Shown here: piece by piece, positions 47,250 through 55,775 of the stretch
Layout of the letters: every line of letters begins with the position of its first letter
Position numbering within the stretch: the stretch's first letter is position 1
Assembly (NCBI GenBank): GCA_003222535.1
Contig: QHWJ01000237.1
Span: 5,641-69,640, forward strand
Direction: 5' to 3'
DNA from: Acidobacteriota bacterium
GTDB lineage: Bacteria > Acidobacteriota > Vicinamibacteria > Vicinamibacterales > CAVVIG01
DNA length: 64,000 nt
Made by a program: the position numbers and the translations under genes
Notes under the pieces: generated by a model
What the model was told of the DNA's origin: nothing
Database searches by the model: none
What the model saw: the letters and a program-made list of their open reading frames with translations, nothing else

Positions 47250-48056
47250 TCACCGAAGCGACGCCCGAACGAACGACGCGATGCGCTCGACCTCCGGGCG
47301 TGGTTCCCGTGCGACGACGACGAACGTCCGGTTGCCGACGCACCAGATCGCGGCCTCGTGACCGAGCACTTCGACGAGTTGCTGCGCGCGGGCGGTCTTC
47401 GGCAGCATGAACAGCGACAATGGATGTCCCTGGTGACGGTACATGATGTGCGCGATCTTGCCTTCGCCGTAGAGACACGGCCGGGCACCGACCAGCTCGA
47501 GCCCGGCGCGCGACGGATTGTCGGGCAGATGCATGCGCCAGTCGAACCCCGACGCCATCGAGCTCTCGACGGCCGCAGCCATCTGGTGGGTCCCGAGCGC
47601 GCTGTTCATGGCGAAGCACTTCAGATGATCGGCTGTGAGCTCGACCGCCAGCACACGCGCCGATTGAGCGGTCGCCTGGTACAGGAAGGCGCCGCCGACG
47701 ACGAGCACGAGTGACGCCGCGAGCGCGAACGGCGCCACACGGGCCGTCCGCGACCGGTGGGCGACGCGGCGATCGAAAACGAGGCTCCGAGGATGCGCGG
47801 CCGGATGGCGGACAGCGTCTCCCAAGCTCAGCCGCGCCATCTCAACGCACTTCTCTCGCAGCGGCCCCGGCGCGGAGGCGTCGAGCGCGTGACATCGTGC
47901 GCGGATGAGATCATGCACCGCCTGCTCGGCGATGACGCGCGAGTGGCACGGCGCACACACGCGCAGATGTTCTTCCACCGCCCGGCGGTCGTCGCGGGGC
48001 AGCTGGCCGTCGATGAACGCCGTCACGAGCGGGTCGATACGTTGACAATCAGCCAT
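47250..48056 (-). CDS. Zinc-finger (ZAS, zf-HC2) transmembrane anti-sigma factor
   Basis: EEHLRVCAPC (HxxxCxxC), TM helix, periplasmic LVGARPC..HIMY domain. Confidence 0.88.
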   Translation of the reverse strand: MADCQRIDPLVTAFIDGQLPRDDRRAVEEHLRVCAPCHSRVIAEQAVHDLIRARCHALDASAPGPLREKCVEMARLSLGDAVRHPAAHPRSLVFDRRVAHRSRTARVAPFALAASLVLVVGGAFLYQATAQSARVLAVELTADHLKCFAMNSALGTHQMAAAVESSMASGFDWRMHLPDNPSRAGLELVGARPCLYGEGKIAHIMYRHQGHPLSLFMLPKTARAQQLVEVLGHEAAIWCVGNRTFVVVAREPRPEVERIASFVRASLR

Positions 48057-48154
48057 GTGCGTCTTCAATTGCCGTCAGAGCCATCAGCCAGTTTACCTGT
48101 CAGAACAACCGGTTGCGATCGGAACAATCTGTCGTCAGCGATCCGGTGCCGTCC

Positions 48155-48663
48155 TCACGCGTCGGTCACTCCAACAGGCGATGGGCGCCTTCCGGCCCGC
48201 GCCTGCAGGCGCTCATAGAGCGCCTGCCTGCCGCGCGAGATGCGCGACATGACGGTGCCGACCGGGATCGAGAGCATCTCGGCGATTTCGGCGTAGGAAA
48301 ACTCTTCCACGTCACGTAACCACACGGCCTGACGAAACGCGTCCGGCAGCGCGTCGATCGCCGCCTGCAGGTCGGGTGCGAGCGTGTCGCGAAGCAGCAA
48401 GGTCTCGGGCGTCTCCGCTGCGCCCGCCGAGGCCCCGCCGGCCGGCGGGCCGTCGGCCGCGCGATCAACGAATTCGCTGTCGACGGACACGGTGTCGCGC
48501 GCGCGATCGCGGGCCAGGTTCCGGGCCGTGTTATGGAGAATCGTGAACAGCCACGCCCTCAGATTCGTGCCCGGCTCGAACCGGCCGGCGGCACGAAACG
48601 CCTTGAGATACGTCTCCTGGACCAGATCCTCGGCGTCGGCCGGCACAACGCAGGCGGTACCAC
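48155..48663 (-). pseudogene. SigR/SigH-like ECF sigma factor lacking region 2.1 (deletion/frameshift near the 5' end)
   Basis: [26 protein letters not shown]; [24 protein letters not shown]; frame upstream of 48646 is unrelated; GTG 48663 is out of frame. Confidence 0.7.
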
Positions 48664-48668
48664 TTCTA

Positions 48669-48694
48669 AACCCTGGGCCCTCATCATTTATTCC
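48669..48694 (-). promoter_or_regulatory. SigR/SigH-type ECF promoter GGAAT-N18-GTT
   Basis: GGAAT (48694-48690), 18 nt, GTT (48671-48669) directly upstream of the ECF gene. Confidence 0.65.
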
Positions 48695-48793
48695 AGCCTT
48701 CGCGCGCCGGCCCTCGACCGCCCTTCAGCTGGCAAGCCAGCGAAGGCAGTCCGCCGCCGCGCGTCCGGGAACACAAAAGCGCGGAGGCGGACC
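48693..48793. repeat. Degenerate REP-like multi-hairpin element (CTGGCAAGCCAGCGAAGG type)
   Basis: GCTGGCAAGCCAGC hairpin and GTCCGCCGCCGCGC..GCGCGGAGGCGGAC hairpin. Confidence 0.55.
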
Positions 48794-48957
48794 AGTATAG
48801 CCTTGTCGCCCAAAGGAGTCGGGCGTCGCCGTCCCGAGGGGACAACCCGCGCGGACCTGCGGCGAGACAATCGAGCACGGCGTTTGCAGGGTCCTCCGCG
48901 TCAACAGTAAGATCGCAGCCTGTCCGCACCCACTGTTGCTTTTGCGAGGTACTAGCC

Positions 48958-51900
48958 ATGCGCACACGCGTGCCGCTGTCCTCCCGCCTGGTCGCCGCAC
49001 TCGTCGTTGCGATGTGCGGTCACGCGAGCCGCGCCACGGCTCAGACCTCGATGGTGCCGTATTTCGGCAAGAACAATGTCCACTACGACAAGTTCGTATG
49101 GAGCATCTACACGACGGATCACTTCGAGATCTACTACTACCCGCAGCTCGAGCAGCATCTCGAGCGGATCGCCGGCTACGCCGAAAGCGCCTACCAGCAG
49201 GTCAGCGCGGATTTGAAGCACGATCTGTCGTTCAAGGTGCAGCTCATTCTGTTCAAGACGCACAGCGAGTTCGAACAGGAGAACATCGATCCGGGCGCCG
49301 GGCAGGAAGGGGTCGGCGCGTTCGCCGAGCCCGTCCGCCAGCGGATTGTCGCGCCCATCGATGATCCGCCGGACCGCCTGTACGGCCTCATCGTGCACGA
49401 GCTCACGCACCAGTTCGAGTTCGACATCATCCCGCAGGGGCTGATCCGCCGCAGCGTGCCGCTGTGGGTGAACGAAGGGCTGTCGGATTACGAGCGCGGG
49501 CAATGGGAGCCGATCGATCTGATGCAGGTGCGCGACGCGGCGGTCGCCGACATCATCCCGAAAATGACCGAGCTCGAAGGCTACGGCGGTGGCGGCGGAC
49601 CGTCCCGGCTGATCTACAACCTCGGCCACGCGGTGTTCGAGTACATCGAGGCCAAGTTCGGGAAGGAAGGCATTCGACAGTTCCTCTTCTCGCTGCGCAA
49701 GAGCGTGATCGGGGGCGGCGAGGACGCGTACGAAGAAGCGCTGCGGATGAAGAAGGACGAGTTCGACCAGAACTTCGAGCGCTATCTGAAGGACCGCTTC
49801 AAGCCGTTCCGCGACAAGGAACGGCCGGCCGACTACGGGCGCGACCTGTCGCCGAACAAGGAGAAGACGCATTATGCCGAGGCGCTCTCCATCGCGCCGT
49901 CGCCCTCCGGCGATCTGATCGCCGTGGTCACGGCAAACCGCAAGGATCAGGAGCTCGACATCGTGCTCATCTCGTCGAAGGACGGATCGATCGTCCGCAA
50001 CCTGACGAGCGGGTTCGACAAGGACATGGGGTTCGACCACCTCGTGCAGCTCGGGGTCGACCAGATGGCCAACCCCTGGATGGCATGGTCTCCCAAAGGC
50101 GATCGTCTCGCCTATTTCGTGCGCACCGAAAAAGAGCGGACGCTCATCATCCAGAACGTGCTCACGAAGAAGATCGAAGATCGGATCGCGATGAAGTCGG
50201 TGGACGAGCCCGAGTCCCCGAATTTCGCGCCAGACGGCCGAACGATCGCGTTCGACGCGCTGCGCGGCGCCGTCGGCGACATCTTCACCGTCAACGTCGA
50301 GACCAAGGCGGTCGTCAACCTCACCGACGATGCCTTCGCCGACCGGGCCCCCACGTACTCGCCCGACGGCAAGTTCATCGTCTATACGGCGCGGGTCAGC
50401 GGCAACGAGAAGCTGTTCCGGCTCGATCTCGACACGAAGAAGAAGACGCAGATCACGTTCGGCACGCAGGACGAGACGGCGGCGCAGTTCATCGACGACC
50501 ATACGCTCGTCTTCGCGTCGACCGCCACCGACCCGGCGGTGCCGCTCGAGCCCGAGGTCGCCAAGAACGGCAACATCTACAACATCTGGACGCTCGACCT
50601 GAAGTCGGGCGAGCTGCGGCAGTACACCGACGCGGTCGGCGGCAACTGGTCGCCGATCGTGCTGAACGAGGGGAAGACGAGCCGCATCGCGTTCGTCAGC
50701 TACTTCAAGAACGAGTACAGCATCCGCACGCTCGAGCGGAAGGAGCCGCTGCACACGGCGGCGTCGGCCGATTTCGGCGCGCCCGGGCCGATCATCGATT
50801 TCGTGCCGCCGCTGCAGCACACGCTCGTGAAGGAGAACCAGCGCAAGAAGGGCACGTTCGAGAAGATGTTTCTCGAGGGACGCCCGCCGGTGAACGTCGG
50901 CGTGACGAACAACGGCGACGTGTTCGGCGGCACGCAGGTCAGCTTCGGCGACGTCCTCGGCGACAAGCAGGTGAACCTGTTCGCCGCGTCGATTTCACAG
51001 TACCGGACGATGTCGCTCTCCTACGTCGACCTGTCGCGCCGCTTCCAGTTCGCGCTGCAGGGCTACTCGCAGACCCAGTTCTTCTACGGGCAGCTCGGGG
51101 GGCTCTTCTACGATCCCGCGTTCGCGCCGTTCCTCAGCCGCAGCGACGCCATCGCCACCCGAACGGTCCGCGGTGGCAGCGCGTTCGGCATCTATCCATT
51201 CAGCCGCTACCGCCGGGTCGAGCTGTCCGGCGGCCTCGTCCAGCTCAACGAGGAATACAACGACCCGGGGCTGCAGGCGTACTCGGAGGCCTACCAGACC
51301 GCGCTGTACGGACGGTCGGTGCTCTCCAACGGCACCCTGATGCCGCTGGGCGCGGCGTTCATTCAGGAGACGACGATCTTCCGCGAATTCGGGCCGCTGG
51401 CCGGCAACACGATGCGCCTGGCGTACGACATCGCGCCGAAAGTCGCCGGGATGCTCTCGCGGCAGACGCTGGACGGCGATGTCCGGCACTACCTGCGTCT
51501 GGGCGGCACCGGCCTGCTCGCCACGCGCATCCGCGGCTTCAAGAGCCTGGGCGACTTCCCCGACTTCCAGTACTTCGGCGGCAACTCGGAGCTGCGCGGC
51601 TACGACTTCCTCCAGTTCGCCGGGCAGAACGTCGTCTTTGCCAACGCGGAGCTGCGCTTCCCGCTGATTGAGGCGGCGCTCACGCCGATTGGCGTCATCG
51701 GCGGCATCCGCGGCGTGTTCTTCGCGGGCATCGGCGGCGCGTGGTTCCAGAATCAGCCGTCAGCCGATCCCTGCAACACCGGCGGCTACAAGTTCATGAC
51801 GAGCAAAGCCGAAATCTGCCAGCCGGTCGTCGACTACCAGCGTGATCCGCGCGGCTTCGCGGTCCAGGATCCGGTCACGGGGAACCCGATTCTCATCTAC

Positions 51901-52113
51901 GGGCCGCCACAGACGATCAGCGGCTTCCGGCTGAAGGACGGCCGGCTGGGCTTCCCGATTCACTTCGACTGGTCGTGGCGCACGCTGTTCAACCAGGGAT
52001 GGGAAGACGTGGTGTTCGGCTGCACCAGCGTGGCGTCGAACCTCCAGTGCGTGAACACCGCGGCCGATTGGCGCAAGCCGCGCTTCGCGGTCTGGATCGG
52101 GTACGACTTCTAA
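48958..52113 (+). CDS. Peptidase-MA-like domain, TolB/PD40 propeller and Omp85-like beta-barrel outer membrane protein
   Basis: FGKNNVHY, HELTH..PLWVNEGL, WSPKG/SPDG repeats, GGNSELRGY, NAELRFP, terminal IGYDF. Confidence 0.85.
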   Translation: MRTRVPLSSRLVAALVVAMCGHASRATAQTSMVPYFGKNNVHYDKFVWSIYTTDHFEIYYYPQLEQHLERIAGYAESAYQQVSADLKHDLSFKVQLILFKTHSEFEQENIDPGAGQEGVGAFAEPVRQRIVAPIDDPPDRLYGLIVHELTHQFEFDIIPQGLIRRSVPLWVNEGLSDYERGQWEPIDLMQVRDAAVADIIPKMTELEGYGGGGGPSRLIYNLGHAVFEYIEAKFGKEGIRQFLFSLRKSVIGGGEDAYEEALRMKKDEFDQNFERYLKDRFKPFRDKERPADYGRDLSPNKEKTHYAEALSIAPSPSGDLIAVVTANRKDQELDIVLISSKDGSIVRNLTSGFDKDMGFDHLVQLGVDQMANPWMAWSPKGDRLAYFVRTEKERTLIIQNVLTKKIEDRIAMKSVDEPESPNFAPDGRTIAFDALRGAVGDIFTVNVETKAVVNLTDDAFADRAPTYSPDGKFIVYTARVSGNEKLFRLDLDTKKKTQITFGTQDETAAQFIDDHTLVFASTATDPAVPLEPEVAKNGNIYNIWTLDLKSGELRQYTDAVGGNWSPIVLNEGKTSRIAFVSYFKNEYSIRTLERKEPLHTAASADFGAPGPIIDFVPPLQHTLVKENQRKKGTFEKMFLEGRPPVNVGVTNNGDVFGGTQVSFGDVLGDKQVNLFAASISQYRTMSLSYVDLSRRFQFALQGYSQTQFFYGQLGGLFYDPAFAPFLSRSDAIATRTVRGGSAFGIYPFSRYRRVELSGGLVQLNEEYNDPGLQAYSEAYQTALYGRSVLSNGTLMPLGAAFIQETTIFREFGPLAGNTMRLAYDIAPKVAGMLSRQTLDGDVRHYLRLGGTGLLATRIRGFKSLGDFPDFQYFGGNSELRGYDFLQFAGQNVVFANAELRFPLIEAALTPIGVIGGIRGVFFAGIGGAWFQNQPSADPCNTGGYKFMTSKAEICQPVVDYQRDPRGFAVQDPVTGNPILIYGPPQTISGFRLKDGRLGFPIHFDWSWRTLFNQGWEDVVFGCTSVASNLQCVNTAADWRKPRFAVWIGYDF

Positions 52114-52125
52114 GAGCGGGGACTT

Positions 52126-53640
52126 TTACGAAACGTTCTTCAGCCGAAGAACCGAACGTTCCAGATCGATGCCCACGCGGTACTTGCTGAGGAACTTGTG
52201 CCCGACGATTCCGCCGAGCTGGAACCCGAGGAGCGCGCTCGGCGCGTTCAGGTTCAATACGACGACGGGAAAGTTCTTGTAACTGATGGTGTCGAACAGG
52301 AGATCGACGCCGGGCATCAGGAACGCATCCGGATCCCAGCCGGAGGTGCCGTACACCTTCAGCGCGATCCGCCGGCCCGTTTCCGGCTTGTTCAGCGACG
52401 TCGCGGTGGCCTGGCTGATCGAAATGACCTCTCCTCCGGTGTCGACGACGAAGTTCGCCTGATGATTGCCGTCGACGGTCCCGCGCACGGTCGCCAGCCG
52501 GTGCAGCCGCATCGGCAGCTCGAAGTCCTTCGGCTCTTCGGGCAGGTGCTTGCCGAAGGTCAGCTTGTGGGTCTTGTAGTCGATGACCATCGAGTAGCCG
52601 AGAGCGATCGGCGACAGCCCCTCGGTCTCCTTCACCGGGATGTCGCGGAGCGGCGGGTTCTTGATGAGACACGGCACGTTCCGCAGCTTCAGCGATCCCA
52701 GCTCCAGTGAATCGATCCGGGCGAGCTGCAGCCCGCGCAGACCCGCGCGGCCGACGCCCGCGCTGAGCGTGTAGGTGATCGGCGTGATGCCGAGCCGCTG
52801 AGCCGTCGGGCGCGTGATCACCGTGTTCTCCGATCCGGTGTCGACGACGAAGTCCTGCGCGGCCGCGTCGTTCACCTTCGCGCGCACGACGACTTTCTCG
52901 TTCACGAGCCGGAAGTCGACGGTGTAGATCCTGTCCTCGGTGCCCGCGTCGCTCTCGAACGGCACGCGCTGGCCGAACGAGCGCAGGAAGCGGATCTCCG
53001 CGCGCGACCAGTCGGCCTTCTCGCTGTGGTCCTTGTTCGGGAGCAGGTTGACGTAGTTCGAGTAGGCGGCGGCCGCTTCCTCGTACCGGTGCTGCCGCTC
53101 GAAGATCGTGCCGACCGTGTGATGGATCTCGAGGTCGCGCGGCGAGAGCCGCAGCGCCATCTGCCCCTCGTTCAGCGCCTCGTCGAGGCGGCTGCGCGCG
53201 GCGAGCGCCTTCGCCATGCCGTGGTGGCCGCGCGCCAGAGCCGGCGCCACCCCCAGCGCGTCGTGATACTTCGTCTCGGCCTCCTGGAACAGACCAGACG
53301 ACCAGAGCGCATCGCCGTAAAGAGTCATCGCATCCGGCGCTTTGGGATCCGCCTGGTAGAGCTTCTCGGCTTCGTCGCGCGCGAGGACGAATTCGGCCAC
53401 GCGCAGCGCCGAGGCGATGACGCCCATGCGCGGCCGCCGGAGGCCGTCCGAGGGCGCGACATTCAGGGCATTGCGGTACGCCGCGAGCGAATCGAGGTAC
53501 TTCCCCTCGGAGAACAGCAGATCGCCAAGCTGGAGCTGTATTTCGGCCGCCTGCGAGGGAGGCGTGACATCGGCGCGAATAGCGAAAGAGGCTGCCGCGA
53601 CAACGACCGACGCGGCGGCGACTCGAAAGGCGCTGTGCAT
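52126..53640 (-). CDS. Secreted TPR protein with two retropepsin-like aspartyl protease domains
   Basis: TPR helices; FVVDTGS and FVVDTGG; GIVGHKFL; GGAGG RBS before ATG 53640. Confidence 0.88.
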   Translation of the reverse strand: MHSAFRVAAASVVVAAASFAIRADVTPPSQAAEIQLQLGDLLFSEGKYLDSLAAYRNALNVAPSDGLRRPRMGVIASALRVAEFVLARDEAEKLYQADPKAPDAMTLYGDALWSSGLFQEAETKYHDALGVAPALARGHHGMAKALAARSRLDEALNEGQMALRLSPRDLEIHHTVGTIFERQHRYEEAAAAYSNYVNLLPNKDHSEKADWSRAEIRFLRSFGQRVPFESDAGTEDRIYTVDFRLVNEKVVVRAKVNDAAAQDFVVDTGSENTVITRPTAQRLGITPITYTLSAGVGRAGLRGLQLARIDSLELGSLKLRNVPCLIKNPPLRDIPVKETEGLSPIALGYSMVIDYKTHKLTFGKHLPEEPKDFELPMRLHRLATVRGTVDGNHQANFVVDTGGEVISISQATATSLNKPETGRRIALKVYGTSGWDPDAFLMPGVDLLFDTISYKNFPVVVLNLNAPSALLGFQLGGIVGHKFLSKYRVGIDLERSVLRLKNVS

Positions 53641-53775
53641 GACCCCTCCAGGAACGTGGTCCATCGTGCTTGGTTCAATCCCAGGTCCGGACAACCTCTA
53701 CAAGAATCGGGCCGGCAGAAGTAGGCGCGCACGATGATGTACCGGGCGGGGGCCTTTCGAGAAGCGAAAAGTGTT

Positions 53776-54246
53776 TCAGTGGGTGTATTGCTCGATCTCA
53801 ACCCCGTCGTACATCTCGTCGACGCGCAGAATCTGCTTGTCGCGGCTATAGCTACCCAATTCGTAATCCTCGCTCATGATCAGCGCCTTGATCGGCTTGG
53901 TCGGGCAAACCTCCGCGCACAGCCCGCAGAAACTGCACCGGGACAGGTTGAAATCGAAATAGTCCAGGACCTTGATCTTCAGACCCGGTTCGCGGTGCCC
54001 GCCGAGCGCGATCAAGTCGTCGGGACACGCCTTGGCGCACTGGTCGCACACGATACAGGTCTGCGCGCCGGTGCCGGGCTCGACCTGCAGGCGGAGGACG
54101 CCGCGGAACCGGGGCGCTGTCGGCCGCCGTTCCGCCGGATACTGAAAGGTGAACGCCGGCTGGGGTGTGTACTTCAGCGTGAGCCACATGCCCTTGACCA
54201 GATCGATGAGAAAGATGGTTTTCAGAAAACGGATGATGGTCTGCAT
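53776..54246 (-). CDS. nuoI: NADH-quinone oxidoreductase subunit I
   Basis: TFQYP, PRFRG, CIVCDQCAKACP, CSFCGLCAEVCP. Confidence 0.9.
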   Translation of the reverse strand: MQTIIRFLKTIFLIDLVKGMWLTLKYTPQPAFTFQYPAERRPTAPRFRGVLRLQVEPGTGAQTCIVCDQCAKACPDDLIALGGHREPGLKIKVLDYFDFNLSRCSFCGLCAEVCPTKPIKALIMSEDYELGSYSRDKQILRVDEMYDGVEIEQYTH

Positions 54247-54296
54247 GTGTGGTCGCTCGGCTGAAGCCTTCAGCGCTACGTCCTAAAGCCTTCCCG

Positions 54297-54833
54297 CTAC
54301 ACGCGGTCGCTGTTGAGCGTCGGTTCGGAGTGGCCCGACATGATCGTCCTCTCCTTGCGGAGCACGGTGCCTTCCTTCCGAATCTTGTCCTGGAGCCGCA
54401 TCAGGCCATACAGCAGCGCCTCGGGTCGCGGCGGGCAGCCCGACACATAGACGTCCACCGGCACGACCTTGTCGACCCCCTGCAGCACGCTGTAAGTCGG
54501 GAAGGGACCGCCCGCGTTCGAGCAGCTCCCCATCGAGATCACCCACTTCGGCTCCGGCATCTGGTCGTACAGCCGGCGCAGCACCGGCGCCATCTTCTTC
54601 GTCACTGTGCCGGCAACGATCATCAGATCCGACTGGCGCGGCGACGCGCGGAACACCTCGGCGCCGAACCGGGCGATGTCGTAGCGCGACGCCGATGCCG
54701 CCATCATCTCGATCGCGCAGCACGCCAGGCCGAATCCCATCGGCCAGATGGACGACTCGCGCGCCCAGTTGAGCACGCGATCGATGCTCGTGGTGATGAA
54801 GTTGTCCTCGAACTGGTGGTCTATGAGACCCAT
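54297..54833 (-). CDS. nuoB: NADH-quinone oxidoreductase subunit B
   Basis: [50 protein letters not shown]. Confidence 0.95.
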   Translation of the reverse strand: MGLIDHQFEDNFITTSIDRVLNWARESSIWPMGFGLACCAIEMMAASASRYDIARFGAEVFRASPRQSDLMIVAGTVTKKMAPVLRRLYDQMPEPKWVISMGSCSNAGGPFPTYSVLQGVDKVVPVDVYVSGCPPRPEALLYGLMRLQDKIRKEGTVLRKERTIMSGHSEPTLNSDRV

Positions 54834-54847
54834 TCTGTGTTCCTTGT

Positions 54848-54918
54848 CGGGGACTGGGGACTGGGGACTGGGGACTGAAGAATCGCTCGTCCTTAGTCCC
54901 CTAGTCCCCTAGTCCCCC
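54848..54918. repeat. GGGGACT/AGTCCCC heptamer tandem inverted repeat (STRR1-like)
   Basis: (GGGGACT)x4, spacer, (AGTCCCCT)x2 AGTCCCCC. Confidence 0.88.
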
Positions 54919-55184
54919 GAGAGTCCCTGCTCGTAGTATTCGCGGTTCTTCCCGATGTAACGGCTCCACTGCTGGGGCGTCTCGTCGAGCGCGAAGATGG
55001 CGTCGACCGGGCACGCCGGCACACAGGCGCCGCAGTCGATGCATTCGTCCGGATGAATGTAAAGCATATCAGCTGTCGCGAACGCCGGCTCGTCCTTCCT
55101 GGGGTGAATACAGTCGACCGGACAGACGTCCACGCAGGCGGTATCCTTGGTGCCGATGCACGGCTCACAAATGATATATGCCAC
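54909..55184 (-). CDS. Dicluster ferredoxin (FdxA-like)
   Basis: AYIICEPCIGTKDTACVDVCPVDCIH, CIDCGACVPACPV; GTG 55184 lies 7 nt after TATCAT. Confidence 0.9.
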   Translation of the reverse strand: MAYIICEPCIGTKDTACVDVCPVDCIHPRKDEPAFATADMLYIHPDECIDCGACVPACPVDAIFALDETPQQWSRYIGKNREYYEQGLSGD

Positions 55185-55614
55185 GACCGTCATGATACTC
55201 GCGACGCTGGCGGGCCTGGAAGCGCGCCAGCCGCCCCCCTACGCCTGCGATCCGGCGCTGACCGCGCTCTTCACGCCGCGGCACCCGCAGCTGGGCCGCT
55301 ACGAGGTCTGCACGACGAGCGAGCCCCTCGAGGTAGTGAACGCGAACAGCGGACCGGGTGACAGGCCAGCCGCGATCGATTCGCTCGAGGCGCTCGACGC
55401 CTTCGGCGCGGCCGGCTCCTACGATCGGTGGGCGCTCGTCCGCCTGTACGGCGGCACGCGGGTCCGCGTCGCGCACGCCTGGACGGCTTCGGCGGACCGG
55501 TTCGAATCGATCACGCGGCTCTCACCGTACCCGAATGCGTCGCTCACCCGACTGAACCCTGGAACGATGATCATCCGCTGGACCGCCGCAAACATCGAGC
55601 GCAAAGACCGCTAG
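55171..55614 (+). CDS. Hypothetical secreted protein
   Basis: Signal-like MIYATTVMILATLAGLEA; typical codon usage; overlaps the ferredoxin head-to-head. Confidence 0.6.
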   Translation: MIYATTVMILATLAGLEARQPPPYACDPALTALFTPRHPQLGRYEVCTTSEPLEVVNANSGPGDRPAAIDSLEALDAFGAAGSYDRWALVRLYGGTRVRVAHAWTASADRFESITRLSPYPNASLTRLNPGTMIIRWTAANIERKDR

Positions 55615-55616
55615 CG

Positions 55617-55637
55617 ATCTTCTAAACATCTTCTAAA
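55617..55637. promoter_or_regulatory. Tandem direct repeat ATCTTCTAAA with 11-bp period (possible regulator site)
   Basis: 55617-55626 and 55628-55637, AT-rich, upstream of the porin operon. Confidence 0.35.
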
Positions 55638-55775
55638 GCCGTGTTCTGGCGAAATGACGCAAGTTTTTTCAAGTGAGGCTTCAGAAGCTCTCCTGGCAGC
55701 CGCACGGCGGTCGCCTGAACGATGGAGTTGCACCACGGACTGCAGAGGCTGGCGGACTATAATTTGACCACAGGC

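Noticed and set aside
48648-48668. AGTGGTACCGC resembling a T-box antiterminator
   Set aside because: No stem I, no terminator and no amino-acid-related gene; better explained as the 5' end of the ECF gene.
48693-48793. tRNA or integration site next to the hairpin element
   Set aside because: No cloverleaf or T-loop GTTCGA upstream and no integrase in the window.
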